From NCBI GenBank assembly GCA_003221005.1, contig QHTZ01000066.1:806-64805 (forward strand): DNA of 64,000 nucleotides. Direction: 5' to 3'. This DNA comes from Gemmatimonadota bacterium (lineage in GTDB: Bacteria; Gemmatimonadota; Gemmatimonadetes; Gemmatimonadales; GWC2-71-9). The position numbers and the translations under genes are program-made. Below the pieces are notes generated by a model. That model did not search any database and was not told the origin of the DNA. It worked only from the letters and a program-made list of their open reading frames with translations. This document shows, in pieces, positions 9,940 to 19,311 of this stretch (position 1 is the first letter of the stretch; each line of letters starts with the position of its first letter).

Positions 9940-11890
9940 CCGGCGCTCGCCGCGCGCCGCCCAGCCCGCGCGTTCCCACGCGCGATCTCGGGCCCACGCC
10001 GACCGCCAGCACCCCGCCGCCCTGCACCGGCGCGATCAGGACGTAGTGCACACCCGGAACCGCCGGCACGCGCTCCACCCGGGGGCCGCCCCGGGTCGCG
10101 GGTGAGCGCACCAGCGCCGCCACGAGCGCCGGGGCGAGGTCGAGACTGGCGAGGCGCAGCTCGGCCCGCGGCTCTCCCGCGGGCGTCCACTCCGAGAGAA
10201 CTGTCGGATAGTCCGCGACCGCGAGCGGCGAGCGCAGCCAGAGCGTGTACAAGTCACCCGCCGTGCGCGGCGCCGGCAGGGATGCCGCGCCGGCGTCCAT
10301 CCGCTCCAGCAACGCGGCGGCGAGCGGGTCACTCTCCCCTCCCAGGCCGCGAGCGTCCCGGTCCGCGAGCGCCAGCCGGCCCTCGACCGTCGCGCCCCAC
10401 GTGACGAGGGCCGCGGCCGTTCCCGCCACCGTGGCGATCGCCACCACGGCCCAACGCCGCGGCGCAGGCACCAAAACGCCCGCGAGCGCCGGAAGCCACA
10501 CGTACGTGTACCAATCGGGCCAGGCCCCGTTCGGCTCCCACAGCCACAACCCGGCGACGGCCGCGAGGACGGCCCAGCCGCACGCGGCGGGGAGGGGCCA
10601 CGGCACCCGCCGTGGCTCGGCCGAGCCGCGCACCAGCGCCGCGGCGAGGAGGATGAGCGCCATGCTCGCCACCGCGAGTGCCGCCTCCCACGAGAGCCAC
10701 AAGGCGATGCTGACGCCGCGGGCCGGTGGCGTGATTCCCCGCCCCAGGTTCCGGACCACGAATGGAGCCACCAGGACCAGCGCGCCGGCCAGGACGGGCG
10801 ACCACCACCGACGGGCCAACCCGCGGCGCCACAGCACACCCGCCGCGAACAGCATCAAGGCCGCGAGCACGGTGAGCGACCCCGCCGAAGAGGTGAACAC
10901 CCCGAGCAGCGGGCGATAGAACGTGGCGGGCGAGAAGAACGCAGCGAGGCTGGTCGCGGGGCTGAGCGGCGCGCGCGTGAGGCACCACGCCCCCGCTACT
11001 GCGACGGTCCAGCGCCACCGCCCGGGCGGTGCGGCGGCGAGGAGCAGCAGCAACGCCGCCGCGAGCGCCGCTGCCGCCAGTCCAGCGAACTGCGTCAGGG
11101 TGCTGAGCTGCGCGTCGCCTTGCTTCGGCGGCACTACCTGAACACTGAACAGCGTGTCCCCCTGCGGCGTGGTGAAGTCGGACACGTCGAGGCCAGCCGG
11201 CGCGAGCCGCGGCGGGAAGAACCGGAGCCCCGCGCCGTGCGCGCGCGCGAACACCGAGCTCAGGGCGCGGTCACGATCGGGAGCCGCGGGGGCAGCGTCG
11301 AGCAGGACCGTCCCGACGGCCGTGCCGCCCGCTTGCGTCTGGCGGCGGGCCTCGAGCGAGACGTAGAATGGAGTGATGACGGCGCGCAGCTCGGAGGTGT
11401 CGACCGCAGGGACGAAGCGATGCCGGCCGGCCCAAGCCCAGGGCTCGCCGTCGGCGGTGAAGACCACGGCGCCGCCTTCGATGTGCGGCCTCCCCCATCC
11501 GCGCGCCACCGCCTCCTCCAGGCGATCGAACGCGCCGAGCCGGGGCTGTAGCGAGGCCACCGCGCCGCGCTCCGCCAGTCGCCGCGCCTCGGTCACAGCG
11601 GCCGCGAGCGTGGTCGCGAGCTGCCGGGACGCCCGGGTCACCAGCCGCTCCCGCAACGCCGGCCAGCAGCACTCGATCTGCCGCACGGCGAGCGCGCCGC
11701 TCACGAGCACGGACCCGAGCCCGAGACAGGCGAGACTCGCCAACCCCTGGGCCAGGCTCCGGGATCGCCGAGTGAGAAACCACAGGACGGCCGCGGCGAG
11801 CCCCGCGCCCCCGCCGACCCACGCCCACACGGCCTCGCCCCCATGCAGCCACTCGGCGGCGGCGATCCCGGCGAGACACCCGGGGATCAC
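9842..11890 (-). CDS. polytopic membrane protein, possibly the N-terminal part of the downstream kinase
   Basis: Many hydrophobic helices and good codon bias. The ORF is open to 12007, but that region overlaps the divergent creatininase gene, so GTG 11890 is taken as start. The last ~32 codons (9842-9939) have low GC3 and look non-coding in this frame. Confidence 0.5.
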   Translation of the reverse strand: MIPGCLAGIAAAEWLHGGEAVWAWVGGGAGLAAAVLWFLTRRSRSLAQGLASLACLGLGSVLVSGALAVRQIECCWPALRERLVTRASRQLATTLAAAVTEARRLAERGAVASLQPRLGAFDRLEEAVARGWGRPHIEGGAVVFTADGEPWAWAGRHRFVPAVDTSELRAVITPFYVSLEARRQTQAGGTAVGTVLLDAAPAAPDRDRALSSVFARAHGAGLRFFPPRLAPAGLDVSDFTTPQGDTLFSVQVVPPKQGDAQLSTLTQFAGLAAAALAAALLLLLAAAPPGRWRWTVAVAGAWCLTRAPLSPATSLAAFFSPATFYRPLLGVFTSSAGSLTVLAALMLFAAGVLWRRGLARRWWSPVLAGALVLVAPFVVRNLGRGITPPARGVSIALWLSWEAALAVASMALILLAAALVRGSAEPRRVPWPLPAACGWAVLAAVAGLWLWEPNGAWPDWYTYVWLPALAGVLVPAPRRWAVVAIATVAGTAAALVTWGATVEGRLALADRDARGLGGESDPLAAALLERMDAGAASLPAPRTAGDLYTLWLRSPLAVADYPTVLSEWTPAGEPRAELRLASLDLAPALVAALVRSPATRGGPRVERVPAVPGVHYVLIAPVQGGGVLAVGVGPRSRVGTRGLGGARRAPGGLAGGRAARAPAGRLAGTVAAAGARSAGGRR

Positions 11891-11893
11891 GAC

Positions 11894-12604
11894 ATGAGCG
11901 GACCGCTGCACCTCAAGACCCTCGTTCCCGACGAGGTGCGCCTCGCGCTCGAGCGCGATCCCCGTCTGCTCGTTCCGGTCGGGACGTGCGAGCAGCACGG
12001 GCCGCACCTGCCCCTGGGGTGCGACACGCTGATCGTCGAGCGCCTGGCCGACGACCTGTCAGCCGATTTCCAGATCCTCCGTGCCCCCACCGTCGAGTAC
12101 GGCGTGAACTCTCTCAGCCGGCGGCAGTTCCCCGGCAACGCGTCGGTCCGCCGCAAGACCCTGCACCGCTGGATGAACGATCTCATCGGGTCCTGGGAGG
12201 AAGCCGGCGTCGACGCGTTCATCATTCTCACAGCTCACGGGTACGATCCCCACCAAGAGGCGCTGTCCACCCTGCGCACGCGCCGTGCGCGGGTGCTCAC
12301 GGTGGACGTCTTCGCCCTCGACTTCACCGGCCACCTGGAGGACGCGGACGGCCCGATGCACGGAGGTGAGCTCGACACGTCGCTACTCCTGTATGTCGCG
12401 CCTGCGGTGGTGCGCATGGAGGAGGCCCGGGATTTTGCGTTGCCCTCCCGGAGGCGCAATCGCTTCGGGCGCGCCTCCAAGCTGCCGGAGGAGAGCCCCG
12501 GCTCCGTGGGCCAGCCCACGGTCGCGACCCGCGAGAAGGGCGAGCGGCTGTATAAGATGATCTACGAGCGCATCGCGACGCGAGTGCTGGAGAGCGCCGC
12601 GTGA
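11894..12604 (+). CDS. creatininase-family amidohydrolase
   Basis: ATG at 11894 (MSGPLHLK). PVGTCEQHGPHLPLGCD and TAHGYDPH motifs of the creatininase family. Confidence 0.75.
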   Translation: MSGPLHLKTLVPDEVRLALERDPRLLVPVGTCEQHGPHLPLGCDTLIVERLADDLSADFQILRAPTVEYGVNSLSRRQFPGNASVRRKTLHRWMNDLIGSWEEAGVDAFIILTAHGYDPHQEALSTLRTRRARVLTVDVFALDFTGHLEDADGPMHGGELDTSLLLYVAPAVVRMEEARDFALPSRRRNRFGRASKLPEESPGSVGQPTVATREKGERLYKMIYERIATRVLESAA

Positions 12605-13266
12605 GCATGCTGCTGATCGCCCTGCTCGCGCTCCAGGCTCCGCTCGACCAGGGGACCTTCGTTGTGCGCGACGACACCGCGGAGATCGCGCGCGAGGCGT
12701 TCCGGCTGTCGAGCGTCCGCGTCGGGCTCAACGGGACCGGGTGGGCCCTCGCCGCCACCACGCGCTACGACCGCGTCCGGCCCATCGTGTCGCTTGCGCC
12801 GATCCTCACGGTGCAGAGCGATTCGCAGCCGTTGAGCCTCGAGTTCGAGGTCGCCGACCCCCGCGAGCCGCTCCGTATTCTTGGCCAATCGGCCCGCGGC
12901 CGCTTCACGGTCCGCATGTTGGGTCGCCGCAGCGAGCGGGCCCGCGAGTTTCCCGTCGCGGGCCGCACCGTCGTTCTGGACGATTCGGTGTACACCTTGT
13001 ACGTCTTCGCCGCCTGGGAGGCCCGTCTCCAACCGGTCGAGGTCACGGCGCTCGTGCCCCGCGCCGGCCGCCGGGAGACGCTTTCGATCCAGGACGTCGG
13101 CACGACCGCGACCACCCTGAACCGCGATTCGGCCGCCCTGCGGCACATCACGGTAACGGGGGGCGCGAACCAGCTGGTGCACCTCTGGCTCGACGCGAGC
13201 GGTCATCTCGTCAAGGTCGAAATCCCCTCTCGGCGCCTCCGGGTCGAGCGCCTTCCGGCTGCTTGA
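12601..13266 (+). CDS. hypothetical secreted protein
   Basis: 221 aa with an N-terminal hydrophobic leader (MSMLLIALLALQAP). Its start overlaps the upstream stop. No recognisable family. Confidence 0.45.
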   Translation: MSMLLIALLALQAPLDQGTFVVRDDTAEIAREAFRLSSVRVGLNGTGWALAATTRYDRVRPIVSLAPILTVQSDSQPLSLEFEVADPREPLRILGQSARGRFTVRMLGRRSERAREFPVAGRTVVLDDSVYTLYVFAAWEARLQPVEVTALVPRAGRRETLSIQDVGTTATTLNRDSAALRHITVTGGANQLVHLWLDASGHLVKVEIPSRRLRVERLPAA

Positions 13267-13394
13267 CCGGGCTCGTTTCGCCCCGCTACCTTCGCCGCAA
13301 CGAGCACCGCGAGCGCGCGACGTCGCTGCTCGAAACCGCAGACGGCGTTCGCGCGTACGGGGTGCGGCCGAACCACCCGTCCGCCAGGATACCG

Positions 13395-14867
13395 ATGAAA
13401 CAGGCGCTGCTCTCCGTCGGGCTCTTGCTGTGCCCGCTTCCAGCCCAGGGCCAGCGACCGGTCCCCGCGACCCTCTCCCTCGCCGACGCGATCGCCATTG
13501 CGCACGAGAACAATCCGGCCTACCGCCAGGCGCTGAACGACCGTGGCCCGGCAGCGTGGGGCGTGCGCAATGCCTACGCGAGCTTCCTTCCGTCGGTGAC
13601 GGCGTCGGCAGGCGGGGGGTACACGGGGCCGGGCGAGCAAACCTTCCTGACTGAGAGCTTCTCCCAGAACGTCTCCACCTGGTCCTCGAGCTACAGCCTC
13701 GGCCTGAGTTGGCAGCTGTCGGGCACGACGCTGAGTCAACCCGGTCTGAAGCACGCGCAGCTCGCGGCGGCCGACGCCGACATCGCCGGCGCCGAAGCCA
13801 CGCTCGTCAACAGCGTCACCCAGCAATACCTGACGGTGCGGCAAGCGCGCGAGAACGCGGGGCTGGCGCAGGCGCGGCTCGACCGCGACCAGGAGTTTCT
13901 GAAGCTCGCGCACGCGCGCTACGACGTCGGGCGCGCCACGCTCATCGACGTGCGGCAGGCGGAGGTAGCGCGGGGCCAGGCGGAGGTGGCGCTGCTGCGC
14001 GCGCAGACCGCGGTCGAGGTCGAGAAGCTGCGGCTGTTCCAGGTCCTGGGCGTCGCGCCTCCTGTGGACCTGGCCGCCGTGCAGCTCACGGACACCTTCC
14101 CCGTCACCGCACCGCCGTGGCGCCTCGACGAGCTCCTGACGATGGCGGAGCAACAGAACCCAGCGCTCAAGGCGCTGCGCGCGCGCGAGCACGCAGCCGC
14201 GTGGGGCGTGCGGGCCGCGGCGTCCAGCTTCGGGCCGGCGCTGTCGTTCTCCGCCGGCTGGTCGGGATTCACGCAGAAGCTGTCGGACATCAACCCGACG
14301 ATCGCGGCGGCTCGGGCGCAGGCGGACACAAACATGATCCTGTGCCAGTACGAGAACTCCAACTGGCTCAACCCCGGGGGGCTGATGCTCCCCTGCTCGG
14401 CGCTGGCGTTCACGCCGGCCCAGGAGCAGGCGATCCGCGACCAGAACATGGCCTACCCGTGGCATTTCTCGCGGCAGCCGTTCCAGGCGCGCCTCACCGT
14501 CACGCTGCCGATTTTCACGAACTTCTCGCGGCCGCTGCAGGTCTCGCAGGCCAAGGCGCAGCGCGACGATCTCGCCGAGTCGGTGCGGGCGCGAGGCCTC
14601 GAGGTGCGGACCGAGGTGAGCCAAGCGTTTCTGACGCTGCAGACGACCTACCGGGCGGTGTCGATCCAGGACACGAGTCGCGCCGCGGCGCGGGAGCAGC
14701 TGCAGCTCGCGACGGAGCGCTATCGCGTGGGCTCGGGGACGTTCTTCGAGCTGCTCGACGCGCAGGTGGCCCAGCTGAACGCCGAATTCGACTACGTGAG
14801 CGCCATCTACGACTATCACAAGGCCGTGGCGGCGCTCGAGGCGGCCGTCGGCCGCCGGCTCCGGTAA
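13395..14867 (+). CDS. TolC-family outer-membrane efflux protein
   Basis: Start at ATG 13395 (MKQALLSVGLLLCPLPAQG signal peptide) within a longer open frame. Two-repeat TolC architecture (LSLADAIAIAHENNPAYRQA.., YRVGSGTFFELLDAQ). Confidence 0.85.
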   Translation: MKQALLSVGLLLCPLPAQGQRPVPATLSLADAIAIAHENNPAYRQALNDRGPAAWGVRNAYASFLPSVTASAGGGYTGPGEQTFLTESFSQNVSTWSSSYSLGLSWQLSGTTLSQPGLKHAQLAAADADIAGAEATLVNSVTQQYLTVRQARENAGLAQARLDRDQEFLKLAHARYDVGRATLIDVRQAEVARGQAEVALLRAQTAVEVEKLRLFQVLGVAPPVDLAAVQLTDTFPVTAPPWRLDELLTMAEQQNPALKALRAREHAAAWGVRAAASSFGPALSFSAGWSGFTQKLSDINPTIAAARAQADTNMILCQYENSNWLNPGGLMLPCSALAFTPAQEQAIRDQNMAYPWHFSRQPFQARLTVTLPIFTNFSRPLQVSQAKAQRDDLAESVRARGLEVRTEVSQAFLTLQTTYRAVSIQDTSRAAAREQLQLATERYRVGSGTFFELLDAQVAQLNAEFDYVSAIYDYHKAVAALEAAVGRRLR

Positions 14868-14885
14868 CGGGAGCACGGGAGTCCC

Positions 14886-16163
14886 ATGTCCAAGCGGAAC
14901 AAGCTGCTCGCGGGAGGCGCTGGCGCCCTGCTGATCGTTGGGGTCGTGGCGGCGAGCATCAGCGCCAAGCGAGATCGCGCCACGGAGGTGCGGGAGGAAC
15001 AGGTGACGCGCCGTGATCTCGTGGCTGCGGTGACCGCGAGCGGACGGATCCAGCCCAAGAAGAAGGTGGACGTGAGCGCCGACATCACCGGCCGCATCAC
15101 GAAGATCGCGGTGCGGGAGGGCGAGCTAGTGGCGAAGGGCCAGTTCCTGCTCCAGATCGACCCCACGGTGTACGAGGCCAACCTGCAGCGCGCCCAGGCC
15201 GCCTACTCGTCCGCCGCCGCCGAGGTAGTGCAGGCGCGGGCGAACCGCGACCAGGCGCAGCGGGCCCTCAGGCGCACCAAGGAGCTGCGGGACCAGAGTC
15301 CCAACCTCGTGGCACCCGAGCAGCTGGAGCAGGCGGAGACCGCCTTCGAAGTCGCCGAGGCGAACCTGACCGCGGCGCAGCACCAGGTAGACCAGTCGCG
15401 CGCCGCCGTGCAGGAGGCGCGCGACAACCTCCGCAAGACGCACCTCGTCGCCCCGATGGCCGGGCGCGTGACCCGGCTCCCGGTCGAGGAAGGCGAGGTC
15501 GCGGTCCCGAGTACCTTCTCCAAGGACATCGGCCTGCTGATGACGATCTCCGATCTCTCGGTGATCCAGGCGAAGGTGCAGGTGGACGAGACGGACGTGG
15601 TGCGCCTCCACCTCGGCGACTCGGTCGAGGTTTCGATCGACGCCTTCCCGGACACGACCTTCATGGGCCGCGTGACGAAGGTCTCCAACAGCTCGACACA
15701 GAATCCCGCCACGACGGCTACCGGCCAGAACGACCGCGCGGTCGACTACGAGGTGGAGGTCACGCTCGACCATCCTCCGGCCGAGGTGCGTCCCGACCTC
15801 TCAGCCACGGCTCGCATCGTGACGGACACGCGCCGCGACGTGCTGTCGATCCCCATCATCGCCCTCACCGTCCGCGAGAACACGCCCGTGTCGACCGAGA
15901 ACCGGCCGGCCGACACCAGCGCGGCAGCACGTCGCAGGCGCGAGACGGAAGGCGTGTTCGTGGTGAACCGGGGCATCGCCACCTTCCGGCCCGTGAAGGT
16001 GGGGATCGCCGGCGACGAGTACTTCGAGGTGTTGGACGGGCTCAAGCCGGGCGAGGTGATCGCCGCCGGACCGTACCAGGCGATTCGTGACCTCAAGGAT
16101 GGCTCCCGGGTGCGCCGCCTGAAGCAAAAGGCCGACACGTCGAAGGCCAAGAAGGCGGGATAG
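14886..16163 (+). CDS. efflux periplasmic adaptor (HlyD/MacA-like membrane fusion protein)
   Basis: 425 aa. N-terminal TM, coiled-coil hairpin, lipoyl and beta-barrel motifs (VAPMAGRVTRLPVEEGE). Confidence 0.85.
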   Translation: MSKRNKLLAGGAGALLIVGVVAASISAKRDRATEVREEQVTRRDLVAAVTASGRIQPKKKVDVSADITGRITKIAVREGELVAKGQFLLQIDPTVYEANLQRAQAAYSSAAAEVVQARANRDQAQRALRRTKELRDQSPNLVAPEQLEQAETAFEVAEANLTAAQHQVDQSRAAVQEARDNLRKTHLVAPMAGRVTRLPVEEGEVAVPSTFSKDIGLLMTISDLSVIQAKVQVDETDVVRLHLGDSVEVSIDAFPDTTFMGRVTKVSNSSTQNPATTATGQNDRAVDYEVEVTLDHPPAEVRPDLSATARIVTDTRRDVLSIPIIALTVRENTPVSTENRPADTSAAARRRRETEGVFVVNRGIATFRPVKVGIAGDEYFEVLDGLKPGEVIAAGPYQAIRDLKDGSRVRRLKQKADTSKAKKAG

Positions 16164-17404
16164 TGCCGTTCGCCGAAGCGGTCGGCCTCGCCTTCCGGAC
16201 CCTCCTGGCACAAAAGCTCAAGAGCGCGTTTTCGATCGTCGGCGTCTTCATCGGCGTGATGTTCCTCATCGCCGTGGTCTCGGTCGTGCAGGGCATGAAC
16301 CGATACATGACCGAGAAGTTCGCCGGCACCGTACTCGGCGTGAACACGTTCCGCCTGCGCCAGTATCCGGACGTCCAGCTCGGCCACGTGACCGACTCCA
16401 CGTGGCGGCGGTGGGTGCGGCGGCCGCGTATCAAGCTGGGAGACGGGGAGGCCGTCGCGCAGGCGCTGACGGTCGCCGCGACCACGGGCTGGGAGTCGAG
16501 CACGCGCGTCAGGATCACCTCGGGCCGCCGGGCGGCGCCGGACGTGCTCCTCACTGGCGCGACCGACCGCTATTTCGACATCAAAGACCTCGCCATCGAG
16601 CGCGGGCGCGCATTTACGGCCGAAGAGCAGCGCGCCGGGGCGCCGGTCGTGGTCCTGGGATATGAGCTCGCAGACAAGCTGTTCGATGGCCGCGACCCCA
16701 TCGGCCGGGAGGTGCGCATCCGGGACCTGCCCTACCGCGTGATCGGGGTGGTCGAGCGTCAAGGGAATCTGTTCGGGATGTCGCTCGACAAGTTCGCCGT
16801 GGCCCCGGCGGCCTCGCCCGTGAAGCGCTTCATCAACCCGCCCGCCGTCATCGACGCCCTGGCGGTCAAGGCGAACTCCCCCGCGGAGATGCGCCAGGCC
16901 ATGGCGGACGCGGAGGCGATCATGCGCGTCCGGCGGCACCTGCGACCGCGCGACGCGGACAACTTCACGCTCGAGACGGCGGACGAGGTCCTCGACTTCT
17001 GGGGCAAGATCAGCCGCGTCCTCTTCGTCGCGCTCCCCGGCCTGGTCGCGGTGTCGCTCGTGGTCGGCGGCATCGTGATCATGAACATCATGCTCATGGC
17101 CGTGGCGGAGCGCACCCGCGAGATCGGGATCCGCAAGGCACTGGGCGCCCGCCGCCGCGACATCCTGCGCCAGTTTCTGGTCGAGGCAACGACGCTCTCG
17201 ACAGTGGGGGCCGCCGGGGGGGTCGCCACGGGCATCGCACTCGCGGGGCTCGTGACCGCCGTGACGCCACTTCCGGCCAGCGTCGCCCCGTGGTCGTTGC
17301 TGGTGGGCGTACTGCTCGGCACCGGGGTCGGGGTCGCCGCCGGGGTCTACCCCGCGAGCCGGGCCGCACGGCTCGACCCGATCGCCGCCCTGCGGCAGGA
17401 GTAG
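16163..17404 (+). CDS. FtsX/MacB-type ABC transporter permease (no ATPase domain)
   Basis: 413 aa. TM1, MacB periplasmic domain and FtsX domain (ERTREIGIRKALGARRRDILRQFL), conserved C-terminus YPASRAARLDPIAALRQE. Confidence 0.85.
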   Translation: MPFAEAVGLAFRTLLAQKLKSAFSIVGVFIGVMFLIAVVSVVQGMNRYMTEKFAGTVLGVNTFRLRQYPDVQLGHVTDSTWRRWVRRPRIKLGDGEAVAQALTVAATTGWESSTRVRITSGRRAAPDVLLTGATDRYFDIKDLAIERGRAFTAEEQRAGAPVVVLGYELADKLFDGRDPIGREVRIRDLPYRVIGVVERQGNLFGMSLDKFAVAPAASPVKRFINPPAVIDALAVKANSPAEMRQAMADAEAIMRVRRHLRPRDADNFTLETADEVLDFWGKISRVLFVALPGLVAVSLVVGGIVIMNIMLMAVAERTREIGIRKALGARRRDILRQFLVEATTLSTVGAAGGVATGIALAGLVTAVTPLPASVAPWSLLVGVLLGTGVGVAAGVYPASRAARLDPIAALRQE

Positions 17405-17407
17405 CCC

Positions 17408-18643
17408 ACGACCGCCTGGTTCGAGGGCGTCGGCATCGCGCTCGGCGCGCTCCGGGCCAACAAGGCGCGCGCCGCCCTGACGATCCTCGGCGTGGCCATT
17501 GGCGTGATGGTCGTCATGGTGATGGCGTCGCTCATCAGCGGCATCAACCGCAGCGTGTCGAATACCTTCGAGCAGATCGCGCCCCGCACGTTCCTCGTGT
17601 GGCGCTATTTCCGCGCGGGGGTGAACATCTCGGATGGGGGCGACGAGACGAGTCCGTGGCGCCGCAACCCTCCGCTCACCGAGGCCGAAGCCGACCGCCT
17701 CGGACAGCTACCCTCCGTTCGCTACGTCACGCGCAGAGAGGAAAGCTCGGCGACAGTCGAGTTCGGGGACCTCCGCCTCGAGTCCGTGGAAATCGGCGGG
17801 CTCAGCTCCCAGTGGGTCGAGGTGAACGGCGGGGACGTCTATCCGGGCCGCACGTTCACACGGATGGAGGACCTGGCCTCGAGCCAGGTCGTGGTGATCA
17901 ACCAGAAGCTCGACGCGCAGCTGTTCCAGGGGCGCGACCCGATCGGGCAAACGATCAAGATCGCCGGAGTGCCGTTCCAGGTCATCGGCGTCTACACGCC
18001 GCCGCCCAACTTGTTCAGCGGGGTCACACCGCCGTTCGCCGGGGTGCCGCACGGCGCGTTCGTGAAATACGTGCCCTTCTTCAAGGGTTGGATGCGCTTG
18101 GCCGTGGCGCCGGCGCCGGGCGTCCCGCAGCAGACCGCGATGGACGAGGTGGTCGCGACGCTCCGCACGATGCGCGAGCTCAAGCCGTGGCAGGAGAACA
18201 CCTTCTCCATCGTCACTCAGGACAAGCTGCTCGACACTTGGAACCAGGTCACAGGAATGGTCTTTCTCGCCATGATCGTCTTGTCGAGCATCGGCTTGAT
18301 GGTCGGCGGCGTCGGAGTGGTGGCGATCATGATGATCTCCGTGACCGAGCGGACCCGCGAGATTGGCGTGCGCAAAGCCCTGGGAGCGACCCGGCGGGAG
18401 ATCCTGTGGCAATTCCTGGTCGAGGCGGCGACGCTTACGCTGGTCGGCGGCGTGGTGGGCATGGTGACGGGCGGCGTGCTCGCGCTGGGTGTGTCGCAGC
18501 TCACGCCCGTTCCCGCCAACGTGCCCGTTTGGTCGGTGGCCGCGGCGCTCGCGGCCTCGGCCCTGACCGGCATCGGGTTCGGCCTCTACCCCGCCGTGCG
18601 CGCTGCGCGGCTCGATCCGGTGGAGGCGTTGCGATACGAGTGA
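17408..18643 (+). CDS. FtsX/MacB-type permease, start non-canonical or disrupted
   Basis: The conserved N-terminus (WFEGVGIALGALRANKARAALTILG) is encoded immediately after the in-frame TAG of the previous permease. The only codon at the expected start position is ACG 17408, preceded by AGGAG at 6-nt spacing. The first canonical start (GTG 17492) lies inside TM1. Confidence 0.7.
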   Translation, partial: TTAWFEGVGIALGALRANKARAALTILGVAIGVMVVMVMASLISGINRSVSNTFEQIAPRTFLVWRYFRAGVNISDGGDETSPWRRNPPLTEAEADRLGQLPSVRYVTRREESSATVEFGDLRLESVEIGGLSSQWVEVNGGDVYPGRTFTRMEDLASSQVVVINQKLDAQLFQGRDPIGQTIKIAGVPFQVIGVYTPPPNLFSGVTPPFAGVPHGAFVKYVPFFKGWMRLAVAPAPGVPQQTAMDEVVATLRTMRELKPWQENTFSIVTQDKLLDTWNQVTGMVFLAMIVLSSIGLMVGGVGVVAIMMISVTERTREIGVRKALGATRREILWQFLVEAATLTLVGGVVGMVTGGVLALGVSQLTPVPANVPVWSVAAALAASALTGIGFGLYPAVRAARLDPVEALRYE

Positions 18644-18647
18644 GACC

Positions 18648-18773
18648 GGGAGACGGGATGCGGGAAACGGGAAGCGGCCCCCCTCCCTTCTACCGTGTCG
18701 GCCCGACTCCGCCGTCACGTGTCACAGGATCACAAAACCCGTTTCTCGTTTCCCGTTTCCCGCCTCCCGCTTC
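18648..18773. repeat. inverted arrays of GGGRRRC heptads (element a)
   Basis: G-arm 18648-18677: GGGAGAC GGGATGC GGGAAAC GGGAAGC GG. C-arm 18738-18773: CCC GTTTCTC GTTTCCC GTTTCCC GCCTCCC GCTTC. GCGGGAAACGGGAAGCG pairs 16/17 with CGTTTCCCGTTTCCCGC. The spacer is about 60 nt. Confidence 0.85.
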
Positions 18774-18801
18774 AGGCCCCGATCTTGCGTATGCACCCCC
18801 G

Positions 18802-19311
18802 ATGATCCCCGCACTCCTCGCTCTGTTCGCGTACGCGTTCGTCTCCAACGTGGCGCTCGCGATCGTGCCACACGAGCCGGTGGTCATCTGGTACGGGGCG
18901 CGGCTCGGGATATGGGTGACAGCCGTCGTCGCAACGGCGGGGACCGTGGCCGCCGCCTGGGTGGATCACCGCCTGTTCGTGCCGCTGCTCGAGCGTGTCG
19001 CCGCGAAGCGGGGAGGTGCCGCACCGCGCGGCGTCGCCCGGCTGTTCGCCCGCTCGCCGTTCGCGATTCTCGCGCTGTCGGGCCTCACGCCGCTGCCATT
19101 CTTCCCGTTCAAGGCGCTCGCCTTTAGGACCCACTACCCGCTCGGCGCCTACCTCGCCGCGGTGGCGGTCGGCCGGCTGCCTCGCTACCTGCTGCTCGCC
19201 TGGCTCGGCCTCGCGGTGCACGTGCCCGCCTGGCTGCTGGCGTCGTTGTTCATCCTGCTCTTGATCCCGTCGCTCGGGGGACTCCTATGGCCACGCCGAC
19301 CCGCGAATTGA
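18802..19311 (+). CDS. YqaA/DedA-like (VTT-domain) membrane protein
   Basis: 169 aa from ATG 18802 within a long shadow ORF. Pattern IVPHEPVVIWYG ... LSGLTPLPFFPFKALA ... GRLPRYLLLAW resembles the YqaA family. Confidence 0.5.
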   Translation: MIPALLALFAYAFVSNVALAIVPHEPVVIWYGARLGIWVTAVVATAGTVAAAWVDHRLFVPLLERVAAKRGGAAPRGVARLFARSPFAILALSGLTPLPFFPFKALAFRTHYPLGAYLAAVAVGRLPRYLLLAWLGLAVHVPAWLLASLFILLLIPSLGGLLWPRRPAN

